Below are positions 30,746-40,093 of a DNA stretch of 64,000 bases, piece by piece (the stretch's first letter is position 1; each line of letters opens with the position of its first letter). Source of the stretch: Ilumatobacteraceae bacterium (GTDB taxonomy: Bacteria > Actinomycetota > Acidimicrobiia > Acidimicrobiales > Ilumatobacteraceae); the NCBI GenBank assembly GCA_025358075.1, contig JANYKU010000020.1:428-64427 (forward strand). Direction: 5' to 3'. The translations under genes were made by a program, and so were the position numbers. Below the pieces are notes generated by a model, which saw only the letters and a list, made by a program, of their open reading frames with translations, searched no databases and had not been told where the DNA came from.

Positions 30746-32157
30746 GCAGTCGACGAAATCTCTGTGCCTTTGGAATCACGACCGTGTTGGTGCTGGCGGC
30801 CTGCGGCGGCGGTGGCACCAAGTCCGCCAGCACGACGAGCCCGGCCCCAGCTGCAACCAGCGGTAGCAGCCCCGCCAGTCAGACCTCTGCACCATCCGCT
30901 GCCACGACGGCCGCACCCGGCGCTACAACCGGCGCGACGACCCCGGCGACCACACCGGCGCCGGCCGGCTGGACCGTCGACACGTCGAAGTGCGCCGATT
31001 CGGCACGAGCCGAGAAGGCGATCACCGGCACCGTCAAGATCGGCGCGGCGATGCCGCTGTCGGGCAGCCCGGCTGCGGCGTTCGGTCCGGTCAAGGACGG
31101 CTTCCAGCTGTACCTCAACTACGCGAGTGAGAAGGGCCTGCTGCCCGGGTACACGCTGAGCGCCGACATTCGTGACGATCAGTACGACAGCACGCAGACG
31201 CCGGGCGTGGTCTCGAGTCTGATCGACAGTGGCGTCGACATGTTCTCGGGCATCATCGGCACGCCCAACAACCTCGCGGTGCGCGACACGCTCAACCAGG
31301 AATGCATACCGCAGCTGCTCGCGCTCACCGGCTCGCCGTCGTGGGGTGACGTCGCCAACTACCCATGGACCACCGGTGCACTGGTGCCCTACGACGTCGA
31401 GGCCTCGATCTATGCGACCAAGATCAAAGAGCTCAAGCCCGGCGCCAAGGTCGCCCTGTTCTCCATCAACAACGAGTTCGGCAAGGCCTACATCGACGAG
31501 TTCAAGAAGAAGGCCACCGAGTTCGGATTCCAGATCGTCGACGAGCAGACCGTCGAGGCAGGCGACAACAATCCACCTACGACGCAAGTCAGCAGCATCG
31601 CCAGCAAGCAGCCCGACGCGATCGTGGCCATCCCGCTCGGCCTGCAGTGCCCGGTCTTCCTCAACGAACTGGCCAACGCCAAGGCGCAGACCCCCGGCTG
31701 GAACCCGCCGGTGTTCATCACCAACACCTGCGCATCGAAGCTGTTCTTCGGTCTGGCCGGTCCGGCAGCTGACGGCGTCTACACCTCCAACAACCTCCTC
31801 GATTCCAACGACCCGAAGAACGCCACGGTGCCGGCGGTGAAGACGTTCCTCGACGCCTACGCTGCTGCCGGTCTGGCCGGCGACCCCGGGGTGACCGAAG
31901 CCGGCTGGAGCGTTGGCGAGTCGACCGTGGCGATCCTGAACGCGGCGTTGAAGACCGGGACGTTGAGCCGCAAGACCATCATCGAGGCCGCCCGTAACTT
32001 GACCTACACACCGTCGCTGGCCCGCCCGAAGGTGCAGTACAAGATGAACGGCAGTACCGATCCGTTCGCGTTTCAAACGTTGCAAGTCCTGCAGTGGAGC
32101 GTCGCCTCGCAGACCTTCACCGAGATCGGCGATCCGATCACCGACTTCGAAAAATGA
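30742..32157 (+). CDS. ABC transporter substrate-binding lipoprotein (Leu/Ile/Val-binding family)
   Basis: It has an ATGA overlap with the permease stop and the lipobox VLVLAAC. A Ser/Thr/Ala/Pro linker precedes a type-I periplasmic binding fold (VKIGAAMPLSGSPAAAFGP). Confidence 0.85.
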   Translation: MSSRRNLCAFGITTVLVLAACGGGGTKSASTTSPAPAATSGSSPASQTSAPSAATTAAPGATTGATTPATTPAPAGWTVDTSKCADSARAEKAITGTVKIGAAMPLSGSPAAAFGPVKDGFQLYLNYASEKGLLPGYTLSADIRDDQYDSTQTPGVVSSLIDSGVDMFSGIIGTPNNLAVRDTLNQECIPQLLALTGSPSWGDVANYPWTTGALVPYDVEASIYATKIKELKPGAKVALFSINNEFGKAYIDEFKKKATEFGFQIVDEQTVEAGDNNPPTTQVSSIASKQPDAIVAIPLGLQCPVFLNELANAKAQTPGWNPPVFITNTCASKLFFGLAGPAADGVYTSNNLLDSNDPKNATVPAVKTFLDAYAAAGLAGDPGVTEAGWSVGESTVAILNAALKTGTLSRKTIIEAARNLTYTPSLARPKVQYKMNGSTDPFAFQTLQVLQWSVASQTFTEIGDPITDFEK

Positions 32158-32166
32158 CCTACCCGG

Positions 32167-32643
32167 TTACGCCCTGAGGCACTTGATCAGGTTCTGGATC
32201 ATGTCGCCGCTCGGCGTACTGCCCGACATGACAACGGCCCGGAAGTCGTTGTCCTTGAGGAGCGCCTCGAGGCATGCTCGGTCGACCTTCATTCCGGCCG
32301 CCAGGAGCTGAGCCATCATCACGTCGACGACCTGAGTCGGGATCGTGATGTTGCTCGGGAACGTGCCGCCAGGGGGGATCGTGAAGCCCGGTGGAAGCGT
32401 CGGCAGGGTGAGTCCCGGTGGAAGGGTGATGACCCCGGTCGGCAGCGAAACACCGGGCGGCAGCGTGAAGTTGGGCAACGTGCCCCCGGCTGGCAACGTG
32501 CCCCCGCCTGGCACCGTGCCCCCGCCGGGCAAGGTGGCGTTGGCCGGGCCGGTGCTGGACGACGACTTCGGGTCGCTCGAGCAGGCCGCCAACAGCCCCA
32601 CAAGGGCGATCGAAGCGAGAATTCCTGTAGCGATGCGTTTCAT
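32167..32643 (-). CDS. Hypothetical lipoprotein with Pro/Gly/Thr/Leu repeats
   Basis: The ATG at 32643 lies inside ORF 32167..32757. The signal/lipobox is MKRIATGILASIALVGLLAAC. The repeat tract is LPGGGTVPGGGTLPAGGTLPNFTLPPGVSLPTGVITLPPGLTLPTLPPGFTIPPGGTFP, followed by a Cys-containing C-terminal domain of about 60 aa. Confidence 0.55.
   Translation of the reverse strand: MKRIATGILASIALVGLLAACSSDPKSSSSTGPANATLPGGGTVPGGGTLPAGGTLPNFTLPPGVSLPTGVITLPPGLTLPTLPPGFTIPPGGTFPSNITIPTQVVDVMMAQLLAAGMKVDRACLEALLKDNDFRAVVMSGSTPSGDMIQNLIKCLRA
32474..32527. repeat. 18-nt tandem repeat x3 inside the lipoprotein gene
   Basis: The three units are GGCAACGTGCCCCCGGCT, GGCAACGTGCCCCCGCCT and GGCACCGTGCCCCCGCCG, read directly. 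They encode the GGGT(L/V)P units on the minus strand. Confidence 0.85.
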
Positions 32644-32677
32644 GATGTCCCTTCCGTCGGCGCCAGTGTGCCTGTTT

Positions 32678-33595
32678 CTAGGCAGGAACCGGTTCGACAA
32701 CTGTCGTTCTGAGGCGCGACCGCCGCGCCGCGTCGATGGTGGCGATTGCCAGCCCAACCCAGACTAGGGCGAATCCGACGACGCGCGACGGCGGCAATGA
32801 CTCGTGGAACACGAGCCAGCCGAGGCAGAAGTTGATCGTCGGATTGATGTAGTTGAGTGGGCCGATCACGGTGAGGGGCACTCGTTGGGCAGCGAAGGCG
32901 AACAACGTCAGCGGAACGATGGTTGCCATGCCGCTGCACAGCACCAGCACCAGCTGGGCGGTGGACGCCGTGTTGGGGATGCTGTTCGACCGGCCGGCGA
33001 AGGTGACGACCACGAGGATTGCCGGCACGAGCACGATGAAGCTCTCGGCCGCCATGCTCTCGACGGGCGTCAGCGGGACGTGCTTCTTGAGGTAGCCGTA
33101 AGCGACCCAGGTCGTGGCGATCACCAAGGCCAGCCAAGGAACGCGCCCGTAGCTGAACGTCAGCACGCCGACGGCGATGACGGCCAGCACGAAGACGAAC
33201 TGCTGGACTCGGTTGAGCTTCTCGTGGAGCACGACCACACCGATCGCCATCGTGCCGAGCGGGGAGAGGAAGTAGCCGAGCGCGGTCTCGATGACGTGGT
33301 CGTGGACGACCGCCCAGACGTACGTCGTCCAGTTGGCCGAAAGGAACAGGGCGGTCAGCACGACGGATCCGAGCAGGCGTCGATCGCGCAGCACTGGGAG
33401 AAGGTGCCGCCAGCGATGGGTGATCGATAGCAGTGCCGACATCAGCACCGCCGAGCAGATCACCCGCCATCCGATCAGTTCGATCGCATCGAAGGAGTGC
33501 AGATGGCGCCAGTAGAGCGTCAACGCTCCCCACACCAGATATGCAGCGACGCCGGCGATCACGCCCTGTCTCTGCTGCGGCGCGTCGGTGCTCAC
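32678..33595 (-). CDS. rarD: EamA/RarD family transporter
   Basis: The start reads GVIAGVAAYLVWGALTLYWRHL...IELIGWRVICS. It has about 10 TM segments and is 305 aa. Confidence 0.8.
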   Translation of the reverse strand: MSTDAPQQRQGVIAGVAAYLVWGALTLYWRHLHSFDAIELIGWRVICSAVLMSALLSITHRWRHLLPVLRDRRLLGSVVLTALFLSANWTTYVWAVVHDHVIETALGYFLSPLGTMAIGVVVLHEKLNRVQQFVFVLAVIAVGVLTFSYGRVPWLALVIATTWVAYGYLKKHVPLTPVESMAAESFIVLVPAILVVVTFAGRSNSIPNTASTAQLVLVLCSGMATIVPLTLFAFAAQRVPLTVIGPLNYINPTINFCLGWLVFHESLPPSRVVGFALVWVGLAIATIDAARRSRLRTTVVEPVPA

Positions 33596-33693
33596 CGAGG
33601 CGATGCTACGGACGCTCGCGAGCGCTGGCCAAAGTTCACTTCGTAGAGTACGGGTCGGCGCGCTCGCTGCCGACCCGGCGCCACGGAAGGCTC

Positions 33694-34395
33694 ATGGACA
33701 TCGTCGTCACTCCCGATCCGCAGACCGCCGCCGATGAGGCCGCCGCGTGGATCGCCCGACAACTCCGACTCGCGGTGCGGCGTCGCGGCGCCGCGTCGGT
33801 TGCCTTCAGCGGCGGTTCGACACCGGCACTGATGCTCGCCGCGCTTGCCGGTCTCGCTGTGCCTTGGGAAGCGACGACGGTGTTCCAGGTCGATGAACGA
33901 GTTGCTCCCGACGGCGACCCCGACCGCAATGCATCCCTGCTCGATGTGCTGCGACCGCATCGGCCATCGATCAAGTTGATGTCGGTCACGTCCGCCGACC
34001 TCGGCGCTGCGCGGCGGCGCTACGCGGCACTGCTTCCCGATCGTCTCGACGTTGTCCATCTCGGTGTGGGCGACGACGGCCACACTGCATCGTGGCCTCC
34101 GGGTGATCCGGTGATCGATGACCGCCGAACCGTGGCCATCTCCGGTGAGTACAAGGGAAGAGTGCGGATGACGCTGACCGTGCCGGTCGTCAACGGTGCT
34201 CGCCACCGGCTGGTGTTGGCAACGGGCGCGGCGAAAGCACCCGTCATCGAAGGATGGCTGTTGCACAACCACGACTTGCCCGTCGATCGGGTCAGTCGCA
34301 CCAACACGATCGTGATGCTCGATGCCGATGCCGCGGCGCGGTTGCCGTCCGGTCATCCCGTTCCGCCCGCATCCGGCACTCGTCGATCTCGCTAG
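33694..34395 (+). CDS. pgl: 6-phosphogluconolactonase
   Basis: The ATG at 33694 lies inside ORF 33433..34395. Motifs are VAFSGGSTP, FQVDERV and HLGVGDDGHTAS. Confidence 0.85.
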   Translation: MDIVVTPDPQTAADEAAAWIARQLRLAVRRRGAASVAFSGGSTPALMLAALAGLAVPWEATTVFQVDERVAPDGDPDRNASLLDVLRPHRPSIKLMSVTSADLGAARRRYAALLPDRLDVVHLGVGDDGHTASWPPGDPVIDDRRTVAISGEYKGRVRMTLTVPVVNGARHRLVLATGAAKAPVIEGWLLHNHDLPVDRVSRTNTIVMLDADAAARLPSGHPVPPASGTRRSR

Positions 34396-34407
34396 CGTCT
34401 GGCAACA

Positions 34408-36021
34408 ATGGACATCACGACGACACCGGCCTGGTCCGCTCTCCAGTCGACCGCTCGGCCGGCACACCTGCGCGAGTTGTTCGCCAACGATCCCCAACGT
34501 TCCGTGCGGTACAGGTTGCAAGCCGGCGATCTGTTGGTCGACTACTCGAAGCATCTGATCGACGATGAGGTCGTGCGCAAGCTGCTGGCCGTTGCCGCCG
34601 GCGCGGGCGTCGAGGCCCGACGGGCGGCGATGTTCGCTGGCGAGGCGATCAACATCACCGAGCGACGCGCGGTGTTGCACACCGCCTTGCGCGCGCCTCG
34701 TGATGCCGTCGTGATGGTCGATGGGCACAACGTCGTGCCCGACGTGCATGCCATGCTCGGTCGGATCACCACGTTTGCCGACCGGGTTCGCAGCGGGGCG
34801 TGGCGCGGGGCGACCGGCGAGACGATCAAGACGGTTGTCAACATCGGGATCGGTGGTAGCGACCTCGGCCCGGCAATGGCCTATCTAGCGACCGAATCGT
34901 TCGGCGATCACAACTTGCGGTGCCGATACGTCAGCAACGTCGACGGTGCCGACATCACCGGCAACCTTGCCGATCTCGACCCGGCGACGACGTTGTTCAT
35001 CGTCAGCTCGAAGACCTTCACCACCATCGAGACCTTGACCAATGCGCGTCAGGCTCGCCAATGGCTCACCGCCACGCTCGGCGAAGCGGCCGTGAGCAAG
35101 CACTTCGTCGCGGTCAGCACCAACGCCGAAGAGGTCGCTGCGTTCGGCATCGACACCGAGAACATGTTCGCCTTCTGGGATTGGGTCGGTGGGCGTTATT
35201 CGGTCGATTCGGCGATCGGGCTCTCGCTGGCGCTGTCGATCGGTCCGGCCCGATTCCGCCAGTTCCTCGATGGCTTCCACACCATCGATGAGCACTTCCG
35301 GACCACTCCATTGCACCTCAACGTTCCGGTGATGATGGCGATGATCGGCATCTGGTACGCCAACGTGTTGGGCGCAGAGACGAAGGCAGTGCTGCCGTAC
35401 GCACAGGAGCTCCGCCGCTTCCCCGCATACCTCCAGCAGCTCGACATGGAGTCGAACGGCAAGAGCGTTCGTCTCGATGGTCAATCGGTCTCCACGACGA
35501 CCGGCCCGATCGTGTGGGGCGAGCCGGGCACGAATGGCCAACACGCCTTCTATCAACTGCTGCATCAGGGCACGAGACTTGTGCCGATCGACTTCATCGG
35601 GTTCGCCCAACCGAACCATCCGCTGCTCGAACAGCACGATCTGTTGATGGCCAACCTGTTCGCTCAGGGCGAGGCGCTGGCATTCGGTAAGACGCTCGAC
35701 GAGGTGATCGCCGAGGGCATTCCCGACCACCAACAACCGCACCGAGTGTTCCCCGGCAACCGACCGAGCACCACGATCCTTGCCCAACGGCTGACTCCGA
35801 ACATCCTCGGTCAGCTGATCGCGCTCTACGAGCACATCGTGTTCGTACAAGGCTGTGTGTGGCAGGTGAACAGCTTCGATCAATGGGGCGTCGAGCTCGG
35901 CAAGGCGTTGGCCAACCGGATCACCCCCGAGCTCACCAGCGCCGAGCCGCCGCACCACGATTCCTCGACCACCGCGCTGATCGAGTGGTACCGAGCGCAG
36001 CGCGCCCACCGGCCGACATAG
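34408..36021 (+). CDS. pgi: Glucose-6-phosphate isomerase
   Basis: Motifs are [40 protein letters not shown] and [15 protein letters not shown]. Confidence 0.95.
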   Translation: MDITTTPAWSALQSTARPAHLRELFANDPQRSVRYRLQAGDLLVDYSKHLIDDEVVRKLLAVAAGAGVEARRAAMFAGEAINITERRAVLHTALRAPRDAVVMVDGHNVVPDVHAMLGRITTFADRVRSGAWRGATGETIKTVVNIGIGGSDLGPAMAYLATESFGDHNLRCRYVSNVDGADITGNLADLDPATTLFIVSSKTFTTIETLTNARQARQWLTATLGEAAVSKHFVAVSTNAEEVAAFGIDTENMFAFWDWVGGRYSVDSAIGLSLALSIGPARFRQFLDGFHTIDEHFRTTPLHLNVPVMMAMIGIWYANVLGAETKAVLPYAQELRRFPAYLQQLDMESNGKSVRLDGQSVSTTTGPIVWGEPGTNGQHAFYQLLHQGTRLVPIDFIGFAQPNHPLLEQHDLLMANLFAQGEALAFGKTLDEVIAEGIPDHQQPHRVFPGNRPSTTILAQRLTPNILGQLIALYEHIVFVQGCVWQVNSFDQWGVELGKALANRITPELTSAEPPHHDSSTTALIEWYRAQRAHRPT

Positions 36022-36029
36022 TCCAGCAG

Positions 36030-36353
36030 ATGTCGACTCGCCACTGGTTGCATGTCGGGGTCTCGACGCTCGTTGCAGCTTCGTTGATCGTGGCGTGTCG
36101 TCCACAACCTGTTGCGCAGATCCAGACACCGGGCGGCCGGCTGTACGACATCAACTGCAGCACGTGCCACGGGCCCGCGGGAAAGGGCCTCGGCGCGTTC
36201 CCGAAGATCGTCGGATCGGCCGCCATTCTCGACGGCGACTACGCCCGAACGGTCGTTGCCCAAGGTCGCAACAAGATGCCGTCGTTCGGCACGAAGCTGA
36301 CTGCCGACCAGATCAACGAGATCGTCGACTACGTCGCCACGTTCCGCCCGTGA
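36030..36353 (+). CDS. Monohaem class-I cytochrome c, probable lipoprotein
   Basis: The ATG at 36030 is 8 nt after the pgi stop. It has the lipobox LIVAC, the haem motif CSTCHG, and a distal Met in GRNKMPSF. Confidence 0.75.
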   Translation: MSTRHWLHVGVSTLVAASLIVACRPQPVAQIQTPGGRLYDINCSTCHGPAGKGLGAFPKIVGSAAILDGDYARTVVAQGRNKMPSFGTKLTADQINEIVDYVATFRP

Positions 36354-36487
36354 GGGCTCAATGTGAGTCGTCGACCACGACCGGCAGGTGGTAGATCTCG
36401 TGAAGCAGGTCCAGAGGACCGAGATTCGGGTGCCGAGAGGCTCGACGCACCTGCCGATCTCCAGATCACCCTGTTCCAGGCGCTCCT

Positions 36488-37123
36488 CTAGGTCTGTGCC
36501 GCCATCGCGGCGCGCAGGCGCGCCGAGCCCGGCCTGAGTTCGCCCGCGGCGCGGGCTTGTTGGAGGGCGTTGCCCCACCACGTGAGATCGTCGAGGACGA
36601 TGCCGAGGCTGACGTCGGACAGCGGATCGCGTGGCGTGTTCTCGTTGAAGAACGTCTGGACTTTCGACACGAGCACGGTGTTGCGCAGGGGCACCACCTC
36701 CGCTTCGACGGCGATCTGGGCGAGGTGCTCGATGGCACGGACCCCGCCGGCAACGCCGCCGCTGTAGCCGACGAACGCCGCCGGCTTGTTGCGGAACGCG
36801 AAGCTGACGAACACGTTGTCGATGGCGTTCTTCAGAACCCCGGGCACGCTGTGGTTGTACTCCGGTGTCACGAACAGGAAGGCCTCGCCCTCCTTGATCC
36901 GCTGGTTCCACGTGCGCACGATCGGGTCGGAGTACGTGGGATCGGCGAAGTTGCCAACCGTATGCATCGTCTCGGCGAACATCGGCAGCGGCCAATCGCG
37001 AAGATCGAGCACATCGACCTCGAACGAGCCATGCCGTTCTGCCCGGTCGATGACCCACGGCGTGACAAGGTCGGCTGCTCGACCGTCACGGGTTCTGCCG
37101 ATGATGATCTTGAGTGCAAGCAT
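36488..37123 (-). CDS. NADPH-dependent FMN reductase family protein
   Basis: The strings IIIGRTRDGR and FLFVTPEYNHSVPGVLKNAID are present. Confidence 0.8.
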   Translation of the reverse strand: MLALKIIIGRTRDGRAADLVTPWVIDRAERHGSFEVDVLDLRDWPLPMFAETMHTVGNFADPTYSDPIVRTWNQRIKEGEAFLFVTPEYNHSVPGVLKNAIDNVFVSFAFRNKPAAFVGYSGGVAGGVRAIEHLAQIAVEAEVVPLRNTVLVSKVQTFFNENTPRDPLSDVSLGIVLDDLTWWGNALQQARAAGELRPGSARLRAAMAAQT

Positions 37124-37147
37124 GGCTCGTCTCCTGCTTCGTCGTGG

Positions 37148-37924
37148 TCAGGGCCCGGGAAACACGCGGCGTAGCTCATCGAGCGCGCCGACGTCGCCGT
37201 CGAAGGCGGGGGTGTGCTGCGCGTCGAGTCGTCCGTAGACGAGTCGCGAGAACGCTTCGGCAGACATCTCGATGTCGGGTGACTGACCGGCGTTGCCCGG
37301 GCCGAAGGTGGCGGTGTCGGGGGTGAGGACGATGTCGAACCGCCGACTCGGGGCAGAGGTGTGCACGTTGATGGTGCGATCGCCGCCAGTCGGCTTGGCG
37401 GTGAAGCGGCCGATCAGCTCGAGGTTGTCGACGATGATTTCGGCAGCATCGGCCGGCAGGGTTGCGGCCGGGTCGCCGACAACCTCGATGTCCCACGTGT
37501 GCATTGCGTGCTCGTTGAGCCTGAGCCCAACGAGCGCGGTGAGGTCGACCTCCACCGGCCCGAAGGGCACGCGGAACCGCGAGCGCTCGTCGTCATTCGT
37601 CGCTTCAATTCGCTCGACGAGCGCCTGGCCGGCGGCAAGTCCGTCGTGCACCTTCGCCGTCGGCGACTTGGCATTCCACTCGTCCCACACCGATTTCGGA
37701 AACTCATCTGGCATCGGCCGACCGGCGAGGTCGTCGTCGATCCGCCGCCGCGTGATCACCGCGGCGGAGCCGAGGTGGGAGAGCACGTCGGCAACGGTCC
37801 ACTCCGTGGGGTAGGCGCGGTCCTCGAACTGGCTCGGCGGGAGCGGGGCGACGAGGCCTTGTAGTCGTTCTGCCGAGGTGCGCAGCGCCTGCAGCACCGT
37901 GTCGAGCGAGGCGTTGATCGTCAC
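37148..37924 (-). CDS. Mycothiol-dependent maleylpyruvate-isomerase family (DinB-fold, TIGR03083-like) protein
   Basis: The N-terminal DinB_2-like region reads TEWTVADVLSHLGS and NEHAMHTWDI. A C-terminal SCP2-like part is present. The start is the GTG at 37924. Confidence 0.8.
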   Translation of the reverse strand: MTINASLDTVLQALRTSAERLQGLVAPLPPSQFEDRAYPTEWTVADVLSHLGSAAVITRRRIDDDLAGRPMPDEFPKSVWDEWNAKSPTAKVHDGLAAGQALVERIEATNDDERSRFRVPFGPVEVDLTALVGLRLNEHAMHTWDIEVVGDPAATLPADAAEIIVDNLELIGRFTAKPTGGDRTINVHTSAPSRRFDIVLTPDTATFGPGNAGQSPDIEMSAEAFSRLVYGRLDAQHTPAFDGDVGALDELRRVFPGP

Positions 37925-37937
37925 GGCGACGACCCTA

Positions 37938-37964
37938 CCGACAGAGCGTGGAGCCGACAGAGCG
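37938..37964. promoter_or_regulatory. Direct repeat CCGACAGAGCG x2 (16-bp period), candidate operator
   Basis: The copies lie at 37938-37948 and 37954-37964, which is 14 nt upstream of the minus-strand GTG at 37924. They sit in the 198-nt divergent region shared with gene 38123..38803. Confidence 0.3.
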
Positions 37965-38122
37965 CACCCAGGTGTCGCTGATCACACCGCGATGACAGTT
38001 CGGTGCGCGGAACCGGTCCAAGGTCCTTCTGAAAAGGCTGCGTCCGACCCTTGGTCGGCCGGGAGTACGGGAGACGATGAGGTCGAGGCCGCATCGCGGC
38101 CACATGAGGAGGTTGGACCGCC

Positions 38123-38803
38123 ATGCGAAGGGTCCTGTGGATTATCGGTGTTCTCGGAGTGCTCATGATCGCCGCGCCGTTTGCGCTCGGCTTCCCCTCG
38201 AAGGCAGACCACGGCCAGGCCATGCTCGACAACTTCCACCCGTTGATGCAGCAGGCCAACGTCGACAAAACCGCGGCGTACTACAACGACGTTTTCGTGC
38301 CGCTCGGCGCGGTTGTGCCGGCGATGAGTCAGGAGAACGTCACGAAGTTCAATACCTACCTTGCCGGCATCAAGGGAATGCAGACCGACTCGGCGAAGCT
38401 CGTACCGGGGCTCGCTCAGGCATTGAACATGTCGCCTGAGCAGGTTCAACAGTTCCTCGCCACCAACTATCCGGCGATGTCGCAGATGTTGGCGAGCCTG
38501 CCACAGATGTCGGCCGACTTCGGCAGCTTGCTTGGCGTGATGTCGAAGAACGTCGCCATCTTCCAGCAGGTGCCCGCAGGCCTGAAGCACTACGAGCCAC
38601 TCGTATCGACCATGCAGGCCAACGTCGGGAACTACAACAGCGCCGACAGCCTGCCGAACTTCCGGCTCTTCACCTGGTTCTTCGTGATCCCGGGCCTGTT
38701 GATGTTCGGCCTGGCCGGATGGGGTCTGTTCTTCAGTGGCCAACACCGCCTGGCGTTCTTCCACCATCATCCGCACGCGCCGATCCCTGGTGGCGTGCAC
38801 TGA
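38123..38803 (+). CDS. Hypothetical membrane protein, Met-rich with His-rich C-terminus
   Basis: GAGGAGG lies upstream of the ATG. It has an N-terminal TM (VLWIIGVLGVLMIAAPFAL) and a C-terminal TM (FTWFFVIPGLLMFGLAGWGLFF). The tail reads FFHHHPHAPIPGGVH. I recognise no family. Confidence 0.55.
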   Translation: MRRVLWIIGVLGVLMIAAPFALGFPSKADHGQAMLDNFHPLMQQANVDKTAAYYNDVFVPLGAVVPAMSQENVTKFNTYLAGIKGMQTDSAKLVPGLAQALNMSPEQVQQFLATNYPAMSQMLASLPQMSADFGSLLGVMSKNVAIFQQVPAGLKHYEPLVSTMQANVGNYNSADSLPNFRLFTWFFVIPGLLMFGLAGWGLFFSGQHRLAFFHHHPHAPIPGGVH

Positions 38804-38808
38804 CGCAA

Positions 38809-40047
38809 CTAGTCGAGCGGGATCACCCGGGCGACGAGCGCCTTCAGGTACGAACCCTGGGCGAACGTCACCGGGTGATCGATGGCGTGCGCCGTGCGCC
38901 GTACCTCGACGAGATCGTGGTCGGCCCGCTGCGCCGAGCCGCGCACCGTTGCGAAGAACTGCTCCTCGGTGATCCTGCTGGAACATGATGCCTGCACGAG
39001 CAGCCCGTCGGGCCGGGTCAGTTGCACCGCTCGCTGCGTGAGCTGGCCGTAGGCGTGCAGCGCCCGTTCGATGTTGGACTTGCGTTGGGCGAAGGACGGG
39101 GGATCGACGACGACGATGTCGTAGTGCTTGCGGCGTTGGATCAGCCGATCCATCACCTCGTAGGCGTCGCCGACGATCGAGTCGTGCTCGCAGTGGCGCA
39201 CGTTGGGCAGCGCGGCGTTGTGGGAGAAGTTTCGATCCGCTGCAGCGAGCGCCGGAGCGCTTTGGTCGACACTCGTCACCCTGGTTGCCCCACCGGCAGC
39301 GGCGTAGACGCCGAACCCGCCGCTCGCGGCGAAGACATCGAGCACCCTCATGCCCGCTGACATCGACCCGACCAACGCTCGGTTGTCGCGCTGGTCGAGG
39401 AAGTAGCCGGTCTTCTGACCGTTGATGACGTCGGCTTCGAACCACAGCCCGTTCTCGCGGAACATCACGGGCTCGGTCGGTGCTTCGCCGATCAGGGCCA
39501 TGCCCTCGCTGAGGCCGTGAAGCCGCTGATCGGCCATCGTCCGCGCCAGACGTAGCACGAGCGCGGTGGGTGCCAACTCCTGGCCGATCACGTCGACCAA
39601 TGAGCGCAGATGGGAGATCCACACTGACGAGTACAGCTTGATCACCAAGGTGTCCGCGTAGCGGTCGAGCACGAGTCCGGGGAAGCCGTCGTTCTCGCCG
39701 TTGAGGATTCGGTATCCGTCGGTGTCGTCGCCGATCGGCGCACGGTGTTCGAGCGCGGCGCGAATTCGTTGACGCCAGAACTCGGCGTCGATCGTGGCGG
39801 GCTTGCCGTGATGGAGTATTCGAATGCGTATGGGCGAGCCGGGGTCCCACAGGCCGACGGCGACGAAGTCGCGATCGTTGTCGAAGATGACCGCCAGATC
39901 GCCGACCACGCCGCGATGGCTGATCGACTTGATCGACTCGTTGAAGATCCACGGGTGCCCCGCGGCGATCTGCCTTCGCGCGTCAGGGGTCACGCGGACC
40001 GCCATTCGTTTCTCACCGACCACGGGGAGCTGATCGAGCACCGACAT
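38809..40047 (-). CDS. Class-I SAM-dependent rRNA (m5C) methyltransferase, RlmI-like (PUA plus MTase)
   Basis: Motifs are GHPWIFNESI, VGLWDPGSPIRIRI, VLDVFAASGGFGVYAA and VVDPPSFA. Confidence 0.8.
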   Translation of the reverse strand: MSVLDQLPVVGEKRMAVRVTPDARRQIAAGHPWIFNESIKSISHRGVVGDLAVIFDNDRDFVAVGLWDPGSPIRIRILHHGKPATIDAEFWRQRIRAALEHRAPIGDDTDGYRILNGENDGFPGLVLDRYADTLVIKLYSSVWISHLRSLVDVIGQELAPTALVLRLARTMADQRLHGLSEGMALIGEAPTEPVMFRENGLWFEADVINGQKTGYFLDQRDNRALVGSMSAGMRVLDVFAASGGFGVYAAAGGATRVTSVDQSAPALAAADRNFSHNAALPNVRHCEHDSIVGDAYEVMDRLIQRRKHYDIVVVDPPSFAQRKSNIERALHAYGQLTQRAVQLTRPDGLLVQASCSSRITEEQFFATVRGSAQRADHDLVEVRRTAHAIDHPVTFAQGSYLKALVARVIPLD

Positions 40048-40093
40048 GTGCTCAGGGTATGCCGACGTGGCCCGAAGTCCCTACGCTCCGGGC

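Noticed and set aside
36354-36487. An 8-bp inverted repeat, GGCAGGTG...CACCTGCC, has a loop of about 55 nt between the convergent cytochrome c and FMN-reductase genes.
   Set aside because: The arms are short and the loop is very long, which is within chance expectation for GC-rich DNA. There is no U-tract.
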